A stretch of 64,000 bases of DNA from a virus (lineage: Duplodnaviria; Heunggongvirae; Uroviricota; Caudoviricetes): positions 64,001 through 128,000 of the IMG/VR virus record IMGVR_UViG_3300037424_001372; one strand, given 5' to 3'. Shown in pieces: positions 38,876-49,100 of this stretch. The translations under genes were made by a program, and so were the position numbers. Under the pieces are notes generated by a model. That model was not told the DNA's origin and ran no database searches. It saw only the letters and a list, made by a program, of their open reading frames with translations. Position 1 is the first letter of the stretch, and each line of letters starts with the position of its first letter.

Positions 38876-39685
38876 TTATTCAACGATTTTAGTAATTTTA
38901 CTTAAATCAATTAGTCTATCTGTGGTGAAATTAGATTCTTTATTTGCTGTTTCAAACCAAAATTTTCTTTCAACAACTGACATATTTCTCAAATATTCTG
39001 AAAACATACTTCCATCACGAGAAGCTAAGTGTTTATAACCTATTTTAGGTATTGAATATATTTTACATGCATTATTTAACGCTCTCAATAAAAATTCATA
39101 CATAAAAGTTAATTTAATATTAGTTTTATATTTACCAATATTTTTAAATTCAGATGTTTTAATAATTGCGCCAGATAATTTAAAATCTGTGTATTGTTTC
39201 AATGCATTAAGATTAAGATAGCCCATTTCACCATTTTCACCAATAAATTGTTGTGCCCAAACAGTTTCATTAGTTAGTTTTATTGCATGATTTTCATCAT
39301 TAACCTCGATCATCATTGTTAAAAAAATATCTACTTCTGGATATGATTTAGTATACTTTTCAACATTTTTAAAATAAGTATTAGCATATTCATCATCAAA
39401 TTCAAGTACTGAAAAATATTCTGTTGAAATTAAATCAACGGCAAGATTTACTTGTGATTGGTAATCAATATTACCAAAATTAGTGATAAATCGAATTTGA
39501 GGATATATAGATTCTGTATTTAGAACAGATGATAATAATTCAATCACTTCTTTAGGTCCAACCACAATTATCTCCGGGATTGTATTAACATTTTCTTGTT
39601 TAAAAACAGAATTAATTGATTTTTTTACTAATGATAACACATTATCATTATATTCATGTATTGGAATAATTACGCTCGTATTCAT
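38876..39685 (-). CDS. GT-A fold (GT2-like) glycosyltransferase
   Basis: SVIIP.H, S.NSV..Q, N.AV....TEYF..LEFDD, EFLLR. Confidence 0.8.
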   Translation of the reverse strand: MNTSVIIPIHEYNDNVLSLVKKSINSVFKQENVNTIPEIIVVGPKEVIELLSSVLNTESIYPQIRFITNFGNIDYQSQVNLAVDLISTEYFSVLEFDDEYANTYFKNVEKYTKSYPEVDIFLTMMIEVNDENHAIKLTNETVWAQQFIGENGEMGYLNLNALKQYTDFKLSGAIIKTSEFKNIGKYKTNIKLTFMYEFLLRALNNACKIYSIPKIGYKHLASRDGSMFSEYLRNMSVVERKFWFETANKESNFTTDRLIDLSKITKIVE

Positions 39686-39712
39686 TGTTTATATTTTAGT
39701 TAAAAAATTAGA

Positions 39713-40852
39713 TTATTTTAAAGTATTTGAATTAATTATTGAATTAAATAAACCGATTCGCTTATTAATTAAACTATTATAAATTTCAATAAGGCGATTT
39801 TCACTATCATTTTGATTATATTTAGCAACAACCTTGTCCATGTTTTCATATACTTCTGCAGGAATATTATCATCTAAAAATTTTATCAATACATCACCAG
39901 TTAATAACGGTAAATCATAATAATTTTCGGTCCAAACACCAGCATTATTAATAGCTTTAACAGGATTACCGTTTTCATCTCTTTCAATCATATAATCTGG
40001 CATAATATCTGGTTTTAAACAAATCGGAATAGTGCCAACTTTCATACATTCGAGAGGAAATGTACCAAATGATGAAATCCTATCAATCCAAATAGCTGCA
40101 AAATTATTTTGAAGTCTTTTAGCAAAATCTACTCGTCTCATTGGTTGAGGGGGTTTGCTCCTAGTTACCATTGGGTCAAATGTTACCCAATTATAATGGG
40201 GATACTTATTAAAAAATAATTTAACAAATTTAGATATTTCATTAGCATTTCTACCGATTACAGATATTACAGGCTTTTGTGGTTTATCATTTTTTTCAAA
40301 ATATTCTGGTATACCAATATTATATGTTTCCACATTATATTTTTCACCATAATAAGATAAAAACAAATCTTTAAGAGTTTGTGAAGTAGTAATAACCTCA
40401 TTAATACCAAAAGAAGACCAATCAGTTCCGGGTATTAATGAACTTACCATATAATCAATAGATTGTAATAATCCTACTCTTAAACATGGTAAATTTTTTG
40501 TTTGTTCCATAACATTTGAAAATACTTCAGGTATGATCATAATATCTTCAGAAGAAACAGTAATTTTAGGGTCGGCCATTGGTACATGTTTATGATTGGT
40601 CAATTCTTTTTCAATCCATATTGGTGCGACATAGTCACCCTTTTCTACCATGATTATAACATCATACCCTAAATTTTTTACAACTGTTGCATGAAAATAA
40701 ATTTCATATATACTTGCTGCAGGACTTTGAGATTCTGGTATAACAAATAAAAATTTTGATTTTTTATTTTCTAAATTACTTAGAGAAAGTTTAATTTTCT
40801 CAATTTTCTCAATTTCAGCTTGCTCTACTGATTTGTTTAACATTTCGTTCAT
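39713..40852 (-). CDS. GT-B fold (GT4-like) glycosyltransferase
   Basis: D...IPE, S+SFGTFPLECMK.G (variant of E.FG...LEAMA.G). Confidence 0.7.
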   Translation of the reverse strand: MNEMLNKSVEQAEIEKIEKIKLSLSNLENKKSKFLFVIPESQSPAASIYEIYFHATVVKNLGYDVIIMVEKGDYVAPIWIEKELTNHKHVPMADPKITVSSEDIMIIPEVFSNVMEQTKNLPCLRVGLLQSIDYMVSSLIPGTDWSSFGINEVITTSQTLKDLFLSYYGEKYNVETYNIGIPEYFEKNDKPQKPVISVIGRNANEISKFVKLFFNKYPHYNWVTFDPMVTRSKPPQPMRRVDFAKRLQNNFAAIWIDRISSFGTFPLECMKVGTIPICLKPDIMPDYMIERDENGNPVKAINNAGVWTENYYDLPLLTGDVLIKFLDDNIPAEVYENMDKVVAKYNQNDSENRLIEIYNSLINKRIGLFNSIINSNTLK

Positions 40853-40853
40853 T

Positions 40854-41594
40854 TTATTTTAATTTCTTATATTTAATTATTTTTTCAAATTCAACATGAT
40901 TTATTAAATCAGCTAGTTGTAATTCTTCAATACAATTTAATTTAATATCAATATTGTATGGTCGTTTAATTTTAATAATTTTCTTACCCCAAGGAGCACC
41001 TATTTTCAAAATTTCGGGATCGGATGTTATCAGAACATCGACTTCTTTCCACATGTCAATATTATTATCAATAAAAACATAATTTTTAAAACGACTACTA
41101 ATCTTACTTAAAAAGAATAATGTCGGTGGAATACTAAATTTATTTTCAACAGATAATATTGTAAAATCAACAGTATTACCATATTTAAGTAAAAAATTAT
41201 TAACATCTAAATCTAATTGAGGATACATTTTCGGTGCAGAGCCATGTATCTCAAAAAGGAAATCTTCATACATAAAACGATTATAAACTTCTCGTGCCGA
41301 TAATTTCACTTTTTCGGTTGATTTAAATAATAAAAAATCTGCTGCCGCTTCACCATTTTCATCGACCCTATAATCAATAGGGTTAATGTGTTCAGGTGTT
41401 TCTTCAGGTTCTCTCATTTCTTTAATTTCTTCAACAGTATCATTCCATTTATATGATTTAAAAAAATCATACGTATATGGTTGTTCATTAGGAATTCCTT
41501 CTTCACCAAATTCTTGGGCATAGAATCGATCAAATTGTAACCATTTTGCTCTTAAAATTTCATCAACTACAATTCCAACCTTTAATTTACTCAT
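40854..41594 (-). CDS. Degenerate HAD 5'(3')-deoxyribonucleotidase-like protein
   Basis: GIVVDEILR in place of DxDGVL; DVLIT.DP, IK..RPYN tail. Confidence 0.5.
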   Translation of the reverse strand: MSKLKVGIVVDEILRAKWLQFDRFYAQEFGEEGIPNEQPYTYDFFKSYKWNDTVEEIKEMREPEETPEHINPIDYRVDENGEAAADFLLFKSTEKVKLSAREVYNRFMYEDFLFEIHGSAPKMYPQLDLDVNNFLLKYGNTVDFTILSVENKFSIPPTLFFLSKISSRFKNYVFIDNNIDMWKEVDVLITSDPEILKIGAPWGKKIIKIKRPYNIDIKLNCIEELQLADLINHVEFEKIIKYKKLK

Positions 41595-41871
41595 AATTAT
41601 CTTTTTTTATTTGATTTATTTGATGTTGAAGTTCTTGGTGTAATTCATTCATCAAAGTAGTGTGTTTTTTAATTAAATTTTTATCGGTAATATACACAGG
41701 ATTAATACATTCAATTCTTATATCATTAGATGATATCGGTAAAAAAATAATTTCACCTTGAATTGTAGTTGGTGTTATCTTTTTAGATAATTCTGTTATA
41801 TACGATTCAATATCTTCTGTCCTAATACCATTCACACCAACATATATTGCAATAATTTTATGTTCATTCAT
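41587..41871 (-). CDS. Hypothetical protein
   Basis: First gene of the minus-strand operon; IECINP motif. Confidence 0.6.
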   Translation of the reverse strand: MNEHKIIAIYVGVNGIRTEDIESYITELSKKITPTTIQGEIIFLPISSNDIRIECINPVYITDKNLIKKHTTLMNELHQELQHQINQIKKDNYE

Positions 41872-42013
41872 TCATTAATATAATTAATATATTTTTTATT
41901 CATTTAGTGTTATATATAATAATACGTATATAAATGAAAAATCTTGAGGGGTGTGAAATTTTTTTTACTGTATTTATAAAAAAATAATAACATTCTATAA
42001 AAAATTATATATT

Positions 42014-42997
42014 ATGGAAAATAATATTCCTCAAAAAGAATCAATCGGTGATGTGTTAAAAAAATATAAACAAATGCAAAATAATGGCACATTACCTAAA
42101 ACACCGCAACAAGAACATTTATCTGACAGTGATATTGATGATGTTGTTATACAACAAACTTTTCAAAATAAATCAACCGTGGTTTCAACACATATCCCAT
42201 CGACATCAAATTCATTTAATCCTCAAGATTATGAAAGAGCAATGTCAAGAGAAACTGACCCAGATTTAATAACTTCATATGAAGTTATTAAATTACCTTC
42301 AAAGGGAATTTTTTATAAAAACGGACTAACCGAAGTTAATGTTGAATATATGACATCAATAGATGAAGATATCTTAACTACACCATCCTTAATAGAAAAC
42401 GGTACTGTATTTGAAGTTTTAATGCAAAGAAAAATTAAAACTAAAGGAGTGAATCCTAATGATTTACTTGTTGGTGATAGAAATGCCATATTATTATTTT
42501 TACGTAGTTCAAGTTATGGTTCAGATTATCATGTACAAGTTCCTGATCCAAGGACTAATATACCATTTAAAACAACAATAAATTTAACTAAATTAAAATA
42601 TAGAAACATAACCGAATTACCTGATGAATCAGGATGTTTTATTGTAGAATTACCTATGCGTAAAAAAATAATAAAATTCAAATTACTTACTTATGGTGAA
42701 GAAATGATATTACAAAAAAAATCTGATGCAATTAAAGAAGCATATGGTCAAGAATTTAGTGAATTTAATACCTTAAAATTAAAATCACATATAATTTCTA
42801 TTAATGAAAAAACCGATAGGTCTTATATTAATAAATTTGTTGATGCAATGCCAGCATTAGATGCCTTAACCATCCGTAGAAAAATTGTCGAAGTTAGTCC
42901 AGATGTTGATATGAATTATGAATTCACTACTAAAGATGAATTTAAATTCAATGCACAATTATCGATTGGTATAGATTTTTTTTTCCCAAACAACTAA
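42014..42997 (+). CDS. Tail/baseplate hub assembly chaperone (gp26-like)
   Basis: LPSKG.FY, MT..DEDILT, LL.GDRNAIL..LR...YG..Y, LP, ends FFFP; directly upstream of the TMP. Confidence 0.75.
   Translation: MENNIPQKESIGDVLKKYKQMQNNGTLPKTPQQEHLSDSDIDDVVIQQTFQNKSTVVSTHIPSTSNSFNPQDYERAMSRETDPDLITSYEVIKLPSKGIFYKNGLTEVNVEYMTSIDEDILTTPSLIENGTVFEVLMQRKIKTKGVNPNDLLVGDRNAILLFLRSSSYGSDYHVQVPDPRTNIPFKTTINLTKLKYRNITELPDESGCFIVELPMRKKIIKFKLLTYGEEMILQKKSDAIKEAYGQEFSEFNTLKLKSHIISINEKTDRSYINKFVDAMPALDALTIRRKIVEVSPDVDMNYEFTTKDEFKFNAQLSIGIDFFFPNN
42976..42987 (+). other. Putative -1 ribosomal frameshift site (T9CCC)
   Basis: T TTT TTT / T TTT TTC heptamers; the -1 frame is open to 43188. Confidence 0.6.
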
Positions 42998-43014
42998 CGG
43001 GGGAGTATAAAAAA

Positions 43015-43188
43015 ATGATTGATGAGGAAATATATATTTTAACAAAACATGCTAAATTTCAAGCAGATTATGTAACTAAATTACCAATATATCGAAGACG
43101 ACATTTTTTACGCTTATTAGAAAAAGAAAATGAAGAAATTCAAAAAATAAGAGATAGGGAAATTAATAAAAGCAGAAAACCGAGGTAA
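43015..43188 (+). CDS. Small chaperone partner (gp51/GT-like C-terminal extension), absent from the ORF track
   Basis: MIDEEIYILTKHAKFQADYVTKLPIYRRRHFLRLLEKENEE..., in the -1 frame of the preceding gene. Confidence 0.75.
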   Translation: MIDEEIYILTKHAKFQADYVTKLPIYRRRHFLRLLEKENEEIQKIRDREINKSRKPR

Positions 43189-43207
43189 ATAAAAATCTCG
43201 GTTTTTT
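43176..43207 (+). terminator. Terminator hairpin
   Basis: AAAACCGAG...CTCGGTTTTTT, immediately followed by the late motif. Confidence 0.6.
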
Positions 43208-43230
43208 GTATTTATATAATATATGTAATT

Positions 43231-45750
43231 ATGGCATCAAATAGATTAAATGAATTAGAGAATGAAAGAAAAAGACTGAATGATATTCAAGAAAGTCTTA
43301 AAAATATTAATGATATTGATAGTAAAAGATTAATTACTAGTCAACAAATTGCTAATTATCAAAAATTGATTAATGAAGCAATTAAAGACGAATCTTTAAC
43401 TGTTAATGAAATTAACAAAAAAGTTATTGAATACGATGCAGAATTAAAACAAATACTTGAAAAGGAAAAGGAACTCAATAAACAATTAGAAAGACAAATT
43501 GATAAGAAAAAGTTATTAGTTAATCTTACAAGAGAATTGGGTAATCAATTAAAAATAGGTTGGAAATATCTTCAAGATCAAGATAAAATTATTAAATCAA
43601 CTAATTTAAATCTTGGTTTATCGGGTGTTAAAGCAGATGCAATGCGAAAATCGTTTGAAGATTCAGCAGTATTTGTTAGTAGACTGAGTGGTAATTTAGG
43701 TGATATTCAAACAATAATGACCACATTTTCCGAAGAAACTGGTCGTGCACGTGCTTTAACTGCCGAAATGGTTAGAGATGTTACTTTAATTGGTAAAGGA
43801 ACTGGTTTGGGTATTGAACAAGCATCTAAATTAGGAGCACAATTTGAAATGATGGGAGTGGATACAAAAAAAACTGTTGAATTTGTTCAAGGAATTGTTG
43901 ATACTAGTGAACGTATGGGTGTGAATACCACTAAAGTAATGAGAAGTATTAATGATAACTTTAAAAAATTAAATACATATACATTTCAACAAGGAACTAA
44001 AGGAATGTCACAAATGGCAAGTTATGCCGAAAAATTTAAAATTGATATTGGTCAAGCATTAAATGCTGTTGATGTTGCAAGAACTCTTGAAGGTGCTATT
44101 GATTTAACTGCTCAATTACAAGTAATGGGTGGTGAATTTGCTAAAACAGACCCTTTTGAAATGTTATTTTTAAGTCGTAATGACCCTGCTAAATTTACTG
44201 AAAAAATCGGTGATATGACCAAAGGATTGGTAAGTTTTAGAAAAATGGCTGATGGTAGTTTTGAAAAATTTATTAGTCCTGCAGACCGTGATAGAATTGC
44301 GGCTGTTGCAAAATCAATGGGTATGGAAGCCTCTCAATTAACAGACATTGCACAAAAACAAGCTGAAATACAAAAAATCAGACAGCAAACTGCCGGAATG
44401 GGATTAAGTAAAGAACAACAAGATGCTATTGAAGGTGCAGCTATTTTCGATAGTAAAACAGGTAAATTTCAAGTTAAATTAGGTGAAACATTAACTAATA
44501 TAGGTAATTTAACTAAAGATCAAACAAAACAATTTATTGCTGAAAAAAATAGTCTTGAGGAACGTGCAAAAAATGCACAAACATTTAATGAGACCCTGAA
44601 CAATACTATTGAAATGTTAAAATCGTCATTATTACCTGTTTTAAGATTAATAAATAAAGTGGCAGAATTTACTGTTAAACCATTAGCCAATTTAGCTGAA
44701 AAAGGTTGGGGAGGCTTAGCGACTACTGCTGGAATATTATTAGCTGCAGGGGTTGCATGGAAATTTGCAGCATTCACTTTTAATAATGCCATGACTAATT
44801 GGGCCAATAAAGATGGTGCTAGAAGAACTATTGGTGGAATGTTAGGTGGTGGAAGAAGTACCATTCCCGGTCAATCATTAGTTCCTGAAATAGGTAAGGG
44901 TAGTAGTGGTTTAGGTCAATTACGTGCTGGTCAAGGAGCATTAGCTGCTGGAAAAGGTGCTGGTTTAAGTGCATTAGGAAAAGGTGCCGGTGTTGGTGTT
45001 GCTGCTGCTGGTATTGGTGCTGGTATTGGTGCCGCTGCAGTAGGCATTGGTCAATTGGCTAAAGCAATTAAAGATATTGATATCGATAAATTAAAAGTGA
45101 TGAATTATACTATAGGTACAATAGGACTTACAATGACAGCTATTTTAGTACCAGCAATATTTGCTGTTGGTGCTGCAGGTACTGCAGGTTCAATTGGTTT
45201 ATTAGCTGTTGGTGCTGCAGCATTAGGTGTTGGTGCAGGTATTGGGATTGCTGCATGGGGTATTGGTGAAATGGCCTCTGGTTTAGGCAATTTAATTGAA
45301 AAAGGAAAGGGTTCTGGAACAGAATTACTTAAATTAGCTGGTGGTATTGGGGCAATAAATTTAGCATTAGCTAGTTCAATGGGAGGTATTTTTGGTTTAC
45401 CTGCTTTTGCAGCTACTATGGCAACAATCAGTAGTTTTGCTCCTGATATAAAAGGAGTTGGTGATGCTTTTGGTAATATTGCCGCTGTTTTAAGTGGTAC
45501 TAAAGAGGATTGGATTGCTGTTGAAAATGCCGTTAAATCAATTAGTCAAACTAACGTTAGTAATGGTAGTGTGTTTTCAGAACTAAGTAATTTACTTAAA
45601 CAACCACTTAAAGTAACTTTTGATAATAGTAATGTTACATTGAAGAATAACATCACATTAGAAATTGATAGAACTACATTTATGAATAAGATTTATGATT
45701 CTAAAATTGCTGTTCAATTACAAAATGAAACTAAAACAAGAGGTATTTAA
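43231..45750 (+). CDS. Tape measure protein
   Basis: 839 aa, helical/coiled-coil, Gly/Ala-rich hydrophobic C-terminal repeats, follows the chaperone. Confidence 0.85.
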   Translation: MASNRLNELENERKRLNDIQESLKNINDIDSKRLITSQQIANYQKLINEAIKDESLTVNEINKKVIEYDAELKQILEKEKELNKQLERQIDKKKLLVNLTRELGNQLKIGWKYLQDQDKIIKSTNLNLGLSGVKADAMRKSFEDSAVFVSRLSGNLGDIQTIMTTFSEETGRARALTAEMVRDVTLIGKGTGLGIEQASKLGAQFEMMGVDTKKTVEFVQGIVDTSERMGVNTTKVMRSINDNFKKLNTYTFQQGTKGMSQMASYAEKFKIDIGQALNAVDVARTLEGAIDLTAQLQVMGGEFAKTDPFEMLFLSRNDPAKFTEKIGDMTKGLVSFRKMADGSFEKFISPADRDRIAAVAKSMGMEASQLTDIAQKQAEIQKIRQQTAGMGLSKEQQDAIEGAAIFDSKTGKFQVKLGETLTNIGNLTKDQTKQFIAEKNSLEERAKNAQTFNETLNNTIEMLKSSLLPVLRLINKVAEFTVKPLANLAEKGWGGLATTAGILLAAGVAWKFAAFTFNNAMTNWANKDGARRTIGGMLGGGRSTIPGQSLVPEIGKGSSGLGQLRAGQGALAAGKGAGLSALGKGAGVGVAAAGIGAGIGAAAVGIGQLAKAIKDIDIDKLKVMNYTIGTIGLTMTAILVPAIFAVGAAGTAGSIGLLAVGAAALGVGAGIGIAAWGIGEMASGLGNLIEKGKGSGTELLKLAGGIGAINLALASSMGGIFGLPAFAATMATISSFAPDIKGVGDAFGNIAAVLSGTKEDWIAVENAVKSISQTNVSNGSVFSELSNLLKQPLKVTFDNSNVTLKNNITLEIDRTTFMNKIYDSKIAVQLQNETKTRGI

Positions 45751-46150
45751 TGTTAAAAATTATTAAATTTTAATGTAATTTACATTAAAATCATAAAAAC
45801 TGTTGTTTTAATGAAAAATAGTTTGTAACTTCGAAACTGTTTTTCAACAGGTTTAAAAAACATTATTCAATTCTTCGAATTAAATATTCAAAATTACTAG
45901 TTTGTAATCAACTTCTTTGAATCTGATTAAAACTTGAATAAAAGGATAACTATATCTATTTCTAACCGAAATAGATATTTTTATTTTATAGTGTTCTATA
46001 TTAAAATTATACATTGTAATTAGTACTTTAAGTTAGAAAAAAATTAACTTTTAAATCTTCAAATATAATATTGATTTTAATTTAATGATAGGTTTTTAAT
46101 ATTTTGAACCTAAATAATTAGTTATAATGGTTCCATATAAAACGAACATT
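45751..46150 (+). other. Hairpin-rich non-coding region (candidate ncRNA or origin)
   Basis: Inverted repeats at 45767-45791, 45813-45845, 45952-45978 and 46089-46112; no ORF in the track. Confidence 0.4.
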
Positions 46151-46174
46151 TAAGTATTTATAAAAAAAGTTTAA

Positions 46175-49100
46175 ATGGCTGAAGTACCTTCAAGATTATC
46201 AGATGGAAATATAATATATTATGGTGATAATATACCTATCCAAGAGTATCGTGAAAAGATATATGCACGTAGTTTATATAGTTTAGATAATGAATATGGT
46301 AATACCAATAAATTTTCTTTAAGAAATAAAGGTAATGTCGCTAGTGGAATTCAAAGTGTTTTAAATGTAGTACCTCAATATAATCGCATACAAACAAGCA
46401 CTAATTTATTAGGAAATGTTTATGATGCATTTCGAGATGAAGGTTCCCCATTATCAAAGATTGGTTTAATAATGTTAGGTAAACAATTAGCATATAATTC
46501 TGCTGCTAATTTAGCTACTAAATATTTACCAACAATCGATTTAAGTCAGGTATTAAAAGGCAATCCTACTGATATTTTTAAAAAAAATATTGATAATACT
46601 ATTACAATTAAAGATAGTTCAACTTCAACCTTTTTAGATAAGGTAGGTAAGACTGCTAGTAATATTTTTGGTTTTGATACATACAATGTTTTTGGAAATG
46701 CAAATCCATTTACTAAAAATCCTACCAATGTTGATTACATTAAAAATACTGGTAATGCTCAATTAACTCGATTCTTTAAGTCAATTAACTTAAATCCATA
46801 TAAATCAATTAATACTTCAGATAATTCTGATTATACCACAGTATTACGTGAATATAGTAATAATGTGGGCGTTAATTTATTAGATGGTTCTGATATCATT
46901 AATAATAAAAAGTTTTTTATTTTTGACAATAAGAAACAAAAACCTTATTTTAGTAGAAGTTTAACTATCAATCCTATTGAGTCTAATGCTATTGCAAATT
47001 CAAATATGGTTTCATCATATTTTAATTCTGGTTTAGGTGAAATTCAGGAATATGGTCCTAGTTACCAATTCGTTATTGAAAATTTTGGCGAAATTAAAAA
47101 ATATCAAGGGAAAACTAATATTTTAAATTATGTTAGTGATGAACCAAATTTATCTTATGATGATAAAAATGATAAATTAGTATGGGGTCGTGATGGTGTT
47201 GGAGTACAAGCCGAAACATATATTAAAGATTTACGTGGTGATTACGATAGTATTGATCTTAATCAAGATAATGGTATATTAGATAGTGGCAATAATGGTG
47301 CTAAAACAGGTTTACTTAATTACACCAAAAACTTATTAAATGCTAGTGAAGGTAATTTTGTTGATATAACTCGTAAAGCATTTAAGGAAGGTACAAATTA
47401 TATTGGATTTAATGGTTCTCCATTGTGGAAATCCAATAATAGTAAATATGCTCTTGAGACTGGTTATAATGTTGATGAAGTTGGTATTAGACAACATACA
47501 GTACTAGACCCATATAATAATTTTATTAAAACAATTAGATTTAAAGGTAATTATGTTTATGACGGCAGTGAAAATTCTGTGATAAATAAAACTATTTTAC
47601 CTAAAATCCATCCAATTAGAACCGATGATGGTAAAATCGATAATAGAAATTTAATATTTAGTCTTGAAAATCTTGCTGTCGATACAATTAAAAAAGATAC
47701 TTATGCAATATTGGCCGATGAATATGGTACAGCGATTCCATTAAGCGAAGCAGGTCCTTTTGGAGGTAGATTAATGTGGTTTCCTCCATATAACATTACT
47801 TTAAATGAAACTGCTTCTGCAAAATATGATTCCACTGTTATGATTGGTCGTAGTGAACCAATGTATAATTATATGAATTCTGAAAGAACTGCCACACTAA
47901 CATTTTCATTATTAGTTGATTATCCCGAACAATTAAGAAATTTAAAATATCAAGGCAATAATAAAAATAAAATAATTGCAGATTTTTTTGCTTACGGTGG
48001 TGATAATATCCCAATCGAATCAAAAATAGATGATATTGAATTACGAATAACCAATCTGAAAGCTCAAATTGATAATTATGGTACCCCTGTCATTCAAACA
48101 GAACCACCGGCACAAATACTTCCAGATGTGACAATATTTTACCCTAATGATGAACCACATGATTATAATGTTGATTCTATTATAGATAAAATGTATAATG
48201 ATTATCATTATGAAATTATTGATGGCTTAAATTCCGGTGTTAATGGTGGTGATGGTAATGGTTTTGGATTAAATAATAGTATGTATTTTGTTTCAGGACT
48301 AACAGGGACTATTGTTGAAGGTAAACAAGTTTGGACTTTAGTCGATAATAGTGTTTCACAATATAACAGTATTGATACTTATGGTCAAGATGATAATTTT
48401 TGTAAATTAAATGAAAATTTAAAGAATCTTTTTAGTGACGAAAATACTAGAAAATATTATTCAATATACATAAGGTCAACGTCATCTAAATTATATTTAG
48501 GTGATAATGAAGATAAATATAATAAAGAGTTAGGTAATAGACGAAATTTAGCTGCAAAAAATCTTATTGTTAATAAATTAGTTAAGATGTTTGGTATGTC
48601 AGTGGCTAATGAATTGGAATTAAATAATATTGTGTTATATAATAGTATTGGTAGTGTCGATAGTGGTACTGTTGGTGCTAAATCTGAAAATATGCATTTA
48701 AGAGAAGTTAAAGAAGAAAGGAAAACTGTTATAAGTTTTGGTCGAAATAAAGTTCCAATTGATAAGAAAGAAAATAATTTAACTACTAAGGAAAAACAAG
48801 AAATTGCTTTAATTAATGCTGATATCGATAAATTAACCATCCAGTTAAATAAATTAAAAAAGAATTTAACTGAATTTGTGTTTAATGAAAGAGATAATTA
48901 TAAAGGTAGTTTAAGTGGATTTGAATCTATTAGCAATAATCAATATAGACCTGTTTTTCATAGTCAAACTCCTGAAGATTTTCATAGAAGATTAACATTT
49001 TTACATCAATGTACCAGACAAGGACCTGCTAAAAGATATAATATTGTTGATACTAATGGTCAATTAAGAGCAAGAAATAGTGTTTTTGGCAAACAACCAA

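Noticed and set aside
44930-45300. GC-richer GGTGCT/GCTGGT repeats suggesting foreign DNA or a repeat element
   Set aside because: Explained by the Gly/Ala-rich segment of the tape measure protein.
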